Assembly: GCA_033762295.1 (NCBI GenBank)
Contig: JANRLW010000030.1
Location: forward strand, 1-59,792
DNA: 59,792 nt
Direction: 5' to 3'
Source: Capsulimonadales bacterium
GTDB lineage: Bacteria; Armatimonadota; Armatimonadia; Armatimonadales; Armatimonadaceae
Below the pieces are notes generated by a model that made no database searches, was not told the origin of the DNA, and saw nothing but the letters and a program-made list of their open reading frames with translations. The first letter of the stretch is position 1. Every line of letters starts with the position of its first letter. The position numbers and the translations under genes were made by a program. This document shows positions 48,158 to 55,668 of the stretch, in pieces.

Positions 48158-48884
48158 CGCCGACTATCCGTCGATCGGGGGGCGAGTGCACGTTCCCTGT
48201 CAACTGTTTCAGGCCGGGGAATACCCCGATAAGGGCGTCACCGTGACCGAGGAGGAACTGGACCACCTGATTCTCCGGTTTCGGCGCGGCGATCGCGCGG
48301 TCCCGATCCGCGTCGAGCATATCGAGACGCCGCTGGACCCTCTCGGTCATGTGGTCGCCCTGCATCGGGAGGGCGGATTTCTGTATGGGACGCTGGCCTT
48401 CCCGGTGGGGCTTTACTTTCATATCCGCGAGCGGAAGGCCGATCGGGTCTCGGTCGGGCTGCAGGCGGTCGAGGACGAATACGGACGCGGCTATCTGTTA
48501 TTCGAATGTTCGCTCGTCTTTACACCACGGGTCGCGGGGGCCGGGTTTCTGAGTCCGGAGCAGGTCGCGGCCCGATTGGCGATCTACCGGCAGCAGGGCA
48601 AGGTCACCCCGGCGATGGAGGAACCGCTGGCCGGGCTTCTCGCCCTGTGCGCTCCCCCGGAGGGGTCGGAGGCGTCGGAGGTGACGTTCGGCGCGGGGGG
48701 CGGCGCGGAACTGACCGCGATGCTCGATGCGTTGATGGACGCATTGCCGGTCGTCCTGCCCCGCGGCCCGGCCGTTCCGGTCCGGTTCCATCGGGAGGCG
48801 AACGAACCGGCGCTTTCCCCGGAGATGGAGCGATGGGCGCGTTCGATGGGACTCGATCCCGCCCGTGTGGCACGGATGAAGTGA
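48114..48884 (+). CDS. Mu gpI-like prohead protease with short scaffold
   Basis: LFQAGEY, PIRVEH, LGHV, RVSVG, ECSLVFTPRV; scaffold motifs GKVTPAM and LSPEM..A..MGLD; GAAAGGAG RBS. Confidence 0.8.
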   Translation: MNRIRLANTTTATFNADYPSIGGRVHVPCQLFQAGEYPDKGVTVTEEELDHLILRFRRGDRAVPIRVEHIETPLDPLGHVVALHREGGFLYGTLAFPVGLYFHIRERKADRVSVGLQAVEDEYGRGYLLFECSLVFTPRVAGAGFLSPEQVAARLAIYRQQGKVTPAMEEPLAGLLALCAPPEGSEASEVTFGAGGGAELTAMLDALMDALPVVLPRGPAVPVRFHREANEPALSPEMERWARSMGLDPARVARMK

Positions 48885-48947
48885 ACGCGGAGGAAGTGAG
48901 CGGCGATGGAGACGCGGAGCGAAGAGGAGATCGAGAAAGGGGAAAAC

Positions 48948-49358
48948 ATGGCGGCATTGACAGGGGCCTATGAGGCCAAACGAACGGTCGGGCAACAGAA
49001 AGCCTACCGGATGGCGGCGTCGACGACGATTCACAAGGGGGCGCTGGTCGCGGTCAACAGTCAGGGGTGGGCGGTACCGGCCTCCGATACCGCCGGGTTG
49101 ATCGTGGTCGGCGTCGCCGCCGAGTCGAGAACGAACGGAACGCCGGCCGGAGCGACGGCCATTCTCGTCGATAAGTCCGGGGAGTACGAGTATGCTTTCG
49201 CCGGAACCGCGTCCCAGACGATCGTCGGAAAACTCGCTCTGGTGACCGACGACAACACCGTGAATCTGGCGACGACGAACAGCATTGCGGCCGGGTACGT
49301 GACCGAGGTTCCGGCGACGAACCGTGTCCGAATCCGTATCGACAACGTGACGAAGTGA
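48948..49358 (+). CDS. Capsid cement/decoration protein (DUF2190-like)
   Basis: AASTTIHKGALVAVNSQGWAVPA..VVGVAAES..VGK...DDNTV..AGYV; located between protease and major capsid genes. Confidence 0.8.
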   Translation: MAALTGAYEAKRTVGQQKAYRMAASTTIHKGALVAVNSQGWAVPASDTAGLIVVGVAAESRTNGTPAGATAILVDKSGEYEYAFAGTASQTIVGKLALVTDDNTVNLATTNSIAAGYVTEVPATNRVRIRIDNVTK

Positions 49359-49370
49359 AAGGAGATTTCG

Positions 49371-50258
49371 ATGGCAGCGGTGACCAGTGATGTGATGCGG
49401 TCTTTGACCGCCATGTGCAAAGCCATTTATGGCGACGGCTATAACGCGCGCGCCGGCGTCTGGCAGGACCTGGCGACCGTGATCCCGAGCACGCAGGGGA
49501 CCGAGACCTATGCATGGCTCGGGGAGATACCGGTCATGCGCCCCTGGCTCGATGAGCGGCAGCTTCTGGGACTCCGGGAGTACGGGTTCACAATCACCAA
49601 TCTGAAGTGGGAGGCGACCCTGGCGATCTCGCGGGTGGCAATCGAGGACGATCAGACCGGACAGATCAAAATCCGCGTTCTGGCGCTGGCCGATGCCGCC
49701 AACCAGCATTATGACAAAATGCTCTTCGATCTGATCAACGGCAATCCGACGGCCTACGATGGGGTCGCCATGTACGCCGCCGCCCACGCGAATCTGGAGA
49801 CGGGCGCGGGCTCCGCGCTGTCCGCGACGAAACTACAGGCGGTCATCGCCGCGATGAAGTCCCGTCTTCTGCCGAACGGCGAACCGATGGACATCACGCC
49901 GACCCATCTTCTGGTGCCGCCCGCACTGGAGTGGACCGCCAAGCAGATCCTGAACTCCGCCTACTGGCCCGACGCGGCGGGGGCCGGTGCAAACGCCACC
50001 AATGTGCTACAAGGCGCGTTAAAACTGGTTGTTTCCGCGCGACTGGCGACGGCGACCGAATGGCATGTTTTCGATTGCTCCCGCCCGGTGAAGCCCTGGA
50101 TCATTCAGCAACGGATCGCCCCGGAGTTTCAGGCGCTGGAGGATGTGACGGCGAATGAGTCCGTCTTCCTGCGGGACGAGTTTTTATTCGGCGTTCGTTC
50201 CCGCGACAACGCCGGTCCCGGTATGTGGCAATACGCCTATCGGTGCACGGGCGCATAG
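49371..50258 (+). CDS. Mu-like major head subunit gpT (major capsid protein)
   Basis: PST..ETYAWLGEIP.MRPW, N.KWEATL.I.R.AIEDDQTG, P.HLLVPPALE, KPWIIQQR, EFLFGVRSR.NAG.G.WQ.AY. Confidence 0.93.
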   Translation: MAAVTSDVMRSLTAMCKAIYGDGYNARAGVWQDLATVIPSTQGTETYAWLGEIPVMRPWLDERQLLGLREYGFTITNLKWEATLAISRVAIEDDQTGQIKIRVLALADAANQHYDKMLFDLINGNPTAYDGVAMYAAAHANLETGAGSALSATKLQAVIAAMKSRLLPNGEPMDITPTHLLVPPALEWTAKQILNSAYWPDAAGAGANATNVLQGALKLVVSARLATATEWHVFDCSRPVKPWIIQQRIAPEFQALEDVTANESVFLRDEFLFGVRSRDNAGPGMWQYAYRCTGA

Positions 50259-50283
50259 CGGTCGGAGAAAGGAGAAAAGGACG

Positions 50284-50721
50284 ATGTCGATATTGACGAT
50301 CACTCCGGCGGAGATTCTTCGGCTCTGCCGGCTCGACCCGGCGGATACGATCCACCTGGCGGACGCGAACGAGGTGCTGGACCGCGGACAGGAGGCGTAC
50401 GAAGCGATGGTGCAGCCCGTTCTGCTGAACGATCCGGGACTCGCCGTGTTCCTGCGGCGGAACGTCGCCAAACTGCTGGCGGCCGATCTGCTCGGAATGC
50501 GTTCCCGCGAGGAAGGGGTTTCGGTCGGTCTGCAGGGGGCGGGCATCACCCTGGGGCCGCCTCCCGACCTGGCGGGACGTCTGCGGGACGAGGCGATGCT
50601 TTTGCTCGAACCGTATCTGCGTTCCTGGCGTCCCGGAGGCGCTATCACCACGCCTGAGGCCAGTGAGGCGGCCCAGGACGCGCAGTCCGCTCTGTTCGGT
50701 CCGGCGGTTCGGACCCGGTGA
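50284..50721 (+). CDS. Putative head-tail connector (gp6/gp36-like helical protein)
   Basis: 145 aa helical protein directly after the capsid gene; ITPAEIL..A..LLEPYL pattern; GAAAGGAG RBS. Confidence 0.55.
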   Translation: MSILTITPAEILRLCRLDPADTIHLADANEVLDRGQEAYEAMVQPVLLNDPGLAVFLRRNVAKLLAADLLGMRSREEGVSVGLQGAGITLGPPPDLAGRLRDEAMLLLEPYLRSWRPGGAITTPEASEAAQDAQSALFGPAVRTR

Positions 50722-50748
50722 ACGTTCGGAGAGAAAGGAGACCCGGCC

Positions 50749-52347
50749 ATGACGATCGAGGATCGGCTCGTTCTGGCCAAACGCCTCTGGGACTGGTCGC
50801 CGCACGAAGGGCAGCACGCCTTTCTGACGCTCCGACTGGACGACGGCAGCGAGCCGAAAACGCTGGTCGCCGCCTGCGGACGACGCTGGGGGAAGACCGA
50901 GGCGCTCAGCGTCGATATCGCCACCCGTCTGCTGACGATCCCGGAGGAAGCGCACCTCGTCGTCGGGCCGACCGCCGATCAGGCGGTCGGCCTGTTCGAT
51001 GCGATCGAGGAGAAGCTACGCGAGGTGCGGGAGAACGAAGCCCTGATTCAGGAGTTCCCGCACCTGCGCGACTTCGAGTTTCGCCGCTCCCCGTACTGCC
51101 ATATCCGGCGTTCGTCGGACGGGCAGACGGTGCTCTCCGCCCGTTCGGCGGCCAAACGAGGACGAAACCTTCGTGGCAAGGGGACGACCCGGAAGCTGAA
51201 ACGCTTCCGGGTAACGGTCGATGAGGCGGCGTTCGTCGAGGACGCCGCCATTACCGAAGCGCTGCAGCCGATGCTGGCCACCGTTCCGGGCGGTGGCCAG
51301 CTTGTCCTGATCTCGTCTCCGTACGGACGGCGCGGAGTGTTCTACGAGGCGTACCTGCGCGGCGAACGGCGGGAGGGGCGGTATCGAAGCGTCCGACTGC
51401 CCTCGTCGCAAAATCCGCTGGTGGACCCGGTCTTCCTGGCGGAGAAGGAGGCGGAACTCGCTCCGCGTCAGTTCGCGGCCGAGTACCGCGCCGAGTTCGT
51501 GGATTCGGCGGGCGCGGTCTTTCCCACCGAGGATATCGAGCAGTGCCTGACGGAGGACGACTACGGCCCGGAACCGTTGTTCGGGATGGTCTACGTGGCC
51601 GGGATCGATCTGGCGCGTCGTGGCGATTTCACCGTCGTCGCAATCGGAGCGGCGGAGCGGGACCGTCTTCGTCTCGTGACGCTGCACCGGCTGACCGGGC
51701 TGAACTGGCGACGGCAGATCGATCAGGTGTGTGACCTGCTGGCGCGGTGGAACGTTCGCCGGGTCTGCCCGGACCGTACGGGCATCGGCGATATGCCGGT
51801 GGAGACGCTGCAGGCGGAGATCGTCGCCCGCCGCCTGCGTTGCGAACTCGCCGATTTCTATTTTACCGAGAGCGGCAAGCGGCGGCTGATCGACGGGCTG
51901 GCGATCGGCCTGAGTCGACGACAGCTGGCGATCCCGAGGAATCCGGTACTGCTCTCGGAACTTGCCAACTTCGAGGTGACGGGAACCACCGGAGCGGGAC
52001 GCGAGCGGATGGAGGCGCGTGTCGGGCACGATGACACGGTTATCGCGCTGGCGCTGATGCTGGAAGCGGCCGCTCCGTTCCGGCGGCGAACCCCGGTTCC
52101 GTTCGGCGCGGTCGCCGGGCGGCGGCGGATCGGACCGTTCGACCCGAGGACGGGTCCCGACGCCGCCCACTTTTCAACGGGAAAGGAACAGGAAGTACCA
52201 TGCGAATCCCCCGATTCGATCTGCGCGGCCTCTTTGCCGCCCCTCGCTCTGACCGTCCGGGAACGCGTTTTGCGGGACGCAGTGACGGCGCTATCCCGCT
52301 TCGCGGTCGGACGGGCGGCGCTCGCCCGGTGGGGACGGAAGCGGTAA
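50749..52347 (+). CDS. Terminase large subunit
   Basis: PHEGQ; Walker A CGRRWGKT; Walker B VTVDEAAF; ISSPYG; EYRAEF; nuclease residues in GIDLA, DRTGIG, HDDTVIALAL. Confidence 0.95.
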   Translation: MTIEDRLVLAKRLWDWSPHEGQHAFLTLRLDDGSEPKTLVAACGRRWGKTEALSVDIATRLLTIPEEAHLVVGPTADQAVGLFDAIEEKLREVRENEALIQEFPHLRDFEFRRSPYCHIRRSSDGQTVLSARSAAKRGRNLRGKGTTRKLKRFRVTVDEAAFVEDAAITEALQPMLATVPGGGQLVLISSPYGRRGVFYEAYLRGERREGRYRSVRLPSSQNPLVDPVFLAEKEAELAPRQFAAEYRAEFVDSAGAVFPTEDIEQCLTEDDYGPEPLFGMVYVAGIDLARRGDFTVVAIGAAERDRLRLVTLHRLTGLNWRRQIDQVCDLLARWNVRRVCPDRTGIGDMPVETLQAEIVARRLRCELADFYFTESGKRRLIDGLAIGLSRRQLAIPRNPVLLSELANFEVTGTTGAGRERMEARVGHDDTVIALALMLEAAAPFRRRTPVPFGAVAGRRRIGPFDPRTGPDAAHFSTGKEQEVPCESPDSICAASLPPLALTVRERVLRDAVTALSRFAVGRAALARWGRKR

Positions 52348-53459
52348 CCCGGGCGTTCTCGGCGGAATACGGACCGGCGGACGGTTACCCGCCGGGCGGT
52401 CCGGAGACCTTCGAACGGATGCGACGCGATCCGCAGGTCCGCGCCTGCCTCACCACCAAAACCCTCTCCGTCCTGTCCGAGGACGTCGAGGTGCATCCGG
52501 CGGACGAGAGTGACGCGGCCAGGCGGGCGGCTCGTCGAACGGAGGAGCAGCTGGCGCGTCTGCCGGGCGGAATCCCCGGACTGTGCGCCGGGGCGCTGGA
52601 GGCGCTGGCCCTGGGCTGCGCGATCGGCGAACTGATCCGGACGGACGACGGCGAACTGGGGGAGGTCCGCTGGCATGATCCCCGCCGGTTCCGCTTTCTG
52701 ACCGACGATTTCGGCGCGATCCGTGAACTCGAGGTGATCGACGCCGATCTGCGTCTTCCCCGGTCACGGTTCGTCCTGTACTCGTATCAGAGCCGGTTCG
52801 GCAACCCGTACGGGGAAAGCGACCTGATCGCCGCCTATCGTCCCTGGGCGGCGAAGGATCTGGTTCAGCGAATGTGGCTGTCGGCCCTCGATCGGTTCGG
52901 CGCGCCCATACCCGTGGCAAAGGTGCCGACCAGCTGGAGCCAGGCGGAAACGGACGCGTTGACCGCATTGCTGGCTCGTCTGCAGAACGAATCAGCCCTC
53001 GTGGTGACCGCGGACGTCGATATCGGCGTGACACTGGACGCCGGGCGGGTCGAACCGGCGCGGGCGTTTCATGTCGCGGCGGAGTGGCTCGACACCCAGA
53101 TCGCGCGGGCGATTCTCGGTCAGGAACTCACCACGCAGAGCGGAAAGGCCGGCAGCTACGCTCTGGGGAAGGTCCATCAGGAGATTCTGAGCGTTCGGAT
53201 TCGAACGATCCGGCGGGAACTGGCGGCAATGCTGACCGACCAGATCGCCCGTCCGATCACCGAAACGGGGTTCGGGTCCGGCGTACCGGTCCCTGTCCTG
53301 CGATTTCCCAACCTGACGACCGACGAACTGGCGGCGCGTCAGGCATTGATGCTGGCGATGATCGACGGAAACGTCGTCGCCCCCGACGAGGCATGGATCC
53401 GTCGGTATCTCGGGCTGCCGGCAAGATCGACGGAAGGAGGGGGGAATGACACCCGGTGA
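52200..53459 (+). CDS. Portal protein (DUF935, Mu gp29-like)
   Basis: MRRDPQVRACL, NPYGESDL, W...DRFGAP, IARAILGQELT, GSYALGKVH. Confidence 0.92.
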   Translation: MRIPRFDLRGLFAAPRSDRPGTRFAGRSDGAIPLRGRTGGARPVGTEAVTRAFSAEYGPADGYPPGGPETFERMRRDPQVRACLTTKTLSVLSEDVEVHPADESDAARRAARRTEEQLARLPGGIPGLCAGALEALALGCAIGELIRTDDGELGEVRWHDPRRFRFLTDDFGAIRELEVIDADLRLPRSRFVLYSYQSRFGNPYGESDLIAAYRPWAAKDLVQRMWLSALDRFGAPIPVAKVPTSWSQAETDALTALLARLQNESALVVTADVDIGVTLDAGRVEPARAFHVAAEWLDTQIARAILGQELTTQSGKAGSYALGKVHQEILSVRIRTIRRELAAMLTDQIARPITETGFGSGVPVPVLRFPNLTTDELAARQALMLAMIDGNVVAPDEAWIRRYLGLPARSTEGGGNDTR

Positions 53460-53805
53460 GCGACTGCGGATCGCGGCGGAACGACTGGTGCGCGTTTCCG
53501 GCGGTCTGTTCGTCTACCGGCGGGGAGGCGCGACGCTGACCGTTCCCGCCCGACTCGGCATCCTGACGACGACCCAGCGTTATCAATGGTTCACGGCGTC
53601 CGAAACATCGAACTGGGCCGCGCCGGCGTATGTCCTGATGGTGGCCGGGGACTTTCTTCCGTTCGGCGGCGAGCCGACGACCGCCGATTCGGTCCTGCTC
53701 GCCAACTTCGAGGGAGCCGGAACGCCCTACGAAGTCAAACGCTGGGATAAACCCCGAATCGGCGGTGTGGCGGTCAAAACCGTTCTGTTTCTGGAAAAGC
53801 GGTGA
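53446..53805 (+). CDS. Putative head-closure/joining protein
   Basis: 119 aa beta-rich protein, last gene of the module; P..ADSV..G..YEV pattern; GGAGG RBS. Confidence 0.5.
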   Translation: MTPGERLRIAAERLVRVSGGLFVYRRGGATLTVPARLGILTTTQRYQWFTASETSNWAAPAYVLMVAGDFLPFGGEPTTADSVLLANFEGAGTPYEVKRWDKPRIGGVAVKTVLFLEKR

Positions 53806-53817
53806 ACCCCCGGAGGG

Positions 53818-54003
53818 TCACCGGGCGAGACGGTTCGCGGCCGGAGGCGGAGACATTCGCGGTGTCGCCGCGAACTGTTTCTCCGTCTCCTGTCCGTAAC
53901 GGAAAAGATAGTAACCGGCGGTCAGGCACCAGAGAAGGACCGCCCAGAGACAGACGGTTCCCACGACATTGCTCTTGCTTTTTCGCGACAGGCCATATTC
54001 CAT
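53818..54003 (-). CDS. Small single-TM hypothetical protein
   Basis: MEYGLSRKSKSNVVGTVCLWAVLLWCLTAGYYLF.. fills the gap between the module and ppaC. Confidence 0.5.
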   Translation of the reverse strand: MEYGLSRKSKSNVVGTVCLWAVLLWCLTAGYYLFRYGQETEKQFAATPRMSPPPAANRLAR

Positions 54004-54130
54004 CGAATCGGTATAGCTCCTTTGCGCTGTTTTCTCGGTCATCATCCGAGAACTATTCTGGGAGAAATACCGGGTTACGGCTGTGACGCGGGTCACCGAT
54101 GTGGCGTGAGATTCTCCGCACCGAAGCCGA

Positions 54131-55492
54131 TCAGAGGGTGCTTTCGATCGCGTTCTGTAGCGCCGGTGCCAGCTGCTTTTTGCGCGAAACGATCTCCTCC
54201 AGATCGAAATCGTAATCGGCGACGTGCGCGAACGGGAGGGCATCGACGATGTTGCGCTTACCCTGAACCAGCATCCGGCTGGTTCCGGTGACGACATCGG
54301 TAATCATCAACCCGATGAAGGCCAGTCCCTCGCGGTCAAGACGATCGCTCAACGCCTGAAGAAGTCCCTCGCGTTGCTGTGGCAGTTCCTGCATGCCGGT
54401 GACTTCGACCTGCGCCAGGCTGACTTTGAGTCCGCCCATATCGTACTCTTTACGGTCGCCGTCGAGGATCTCGTCCATGGTGCGGGTGGAGAGACCGGGC
54501 GAGGAGTTCAGCAGCTCCTTTCCGTACAGAAGGACATCGACCAGGCAGACGCCGCTGAGCCAGTCGGCGGCGTCGAAATCCCGTTCGTGCGTCGTGGGCG
54601 AGCGGAAGACGAGCGTATCGGACAGGATGCCCGACAGGAGCAAGCCGGCGATCGGACGCGGCGGGGTCAGGCGGCGGGCGCGGCACTGTTCGGCCACCAG
54701 CGTCGACGTGCTGCCGACCGGGTCGACCATGAACGGGATCGGGGATGCGGTCGGCGGGTTCCCGAGCCGATGGTGGTCCAGAACGCCGACGATTTCCGCC
54801 TCCTCCGCGCCGGCGACCGCCTGCGACAGTTCGTTGTGGTCGACCAGGATCAGACGCGCCTTCGGCGGCTGCAGGACACGTCGCTGAACGGCGATTCCTT
54901 CGTAAAGGTTTCGGTCATCGACGACGATGAACTCGTTGCTTTCAGCCCGCTCGATCGCCTTGCGGTGATCGGAAAGGCGGGCGCGGCTCTTGAACAGCAT
55001 CGGCGGCTCCGCCAGTTCGCCGCACGTCGGCATCGACGTCCCGTCGAAACGTTTCCCGCTGTTGAACGTTCGGGCATAGATCCGCGCGAGCGCCAGCGGG
55101 GTGACGATACCGAGGAGAAGCCCGTCCCGTTCGGCGACCGGAATGATCTGTTCGCCATGCTCGACCCGTTCCAGCGCGACGGACAGCGGCGCGTCGGGCG
55201 GCACCGCCGGTCGCCGTTCGATGACATGATGGAAGGTCGCGGCGACATCGGTCAACAGGCGGGGAGGCGACTGTTCGAAACGCTCCAGAGCGTACCGCGC
55301 CTGTTCGGACGGAACGCCGGCACGGGTCGCGACCATCCCATGGTGACCGGTCTGCTGCAGAAGCCACGCGTACCCCAGGGCGGCGGCGATGGAATCGGTG
55401 TCCGGGCGTCGGTGTCCGATGACATAGGTAACGTCCGCGACCCAGTAGTCGTCCCGTTCTATGGAATACGGCATAGCCACTAGTTTCGTCAA
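54131..55492 (-). CDS. ppaC: Mn-dependent inorganic pyrophosphatase (family II) with CBS domains
   Basis: GHRRPDTDSI, LVDHNELSQ, LDHH, PVGSTST, ILSDTL.FRSPTT, VSRKKQ. Confidence 0.93.
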   Translation of the reverse strand: MTKLVAMPYSIERDDYWVADVTYVIGHRRPDTDSIAAALGYAWLLQQTGHHGMVATRAGVPSEQARYALERFEQSPPRLLTDVAATFHHVIERRPAVPPDAPLSVALERVEHGEQIIPVAERDGLLLGIVTPLALARIYARTFNSGKRFDGTSMPTCGELAEPPMLFKSRARLSDHRKAIERAESNEFIVVDDRNLYEGIAVQRRVLQPPKARLILVDHNELSQAVAGAEEAEIVGVLDHHRLGNPPTASPIPFMVDPVGSTSTLVAEQCRARRLTPPRPIAGLLLSGILSDTLVFRSPTTHERDFDAADWLSGVCLVDVLLYGKELLNSSPGLSTRTMDEILDGDRKEYDMGGLKVSLAQVEVTGMQELPQQREGLLQALSDRLDREGLAFIGLMITDVVTGTSRMLVQGKRNIVDALPFAHVADYDFDLEEIVSRKKQLAPALQNAIESTL

Positions 55493-55668
55493 TTCCGTGC
55501 CTTTTCCTGCCTGCGGACGGGCTGTTACGCTCCGTTCGTTCTTGAGGTATTATTGCCGGAACCCCGTTTTCGTTCCCTATGTGGAATTGATCACTGCACC
55601 CACGACACCCGTACACCGTCATTTTTACGATACGCAATACCGGCGAGAAGAGCCGGGTCATCGACGGT

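Larger units (their letters stand above)
47885..53805 (+). mobile_element. Head-only Mu-like virion gene module (GTA-like element, satellite-derived element or prophage remnant)
   Basis: Eight co-oriented, tightly packed genes for capsid assembly and DNA packaging; no tail, integrase or replication gene between the flanking host genes. Confidence 0.85.

Noticed and set aside
47885..53805. Calling the module a complete prophage, a PICI or an encapsulin
   Set aside because: No int, replication or tail genes (not a prophage or PICI); portal and TerL are present (not an encapsulin)
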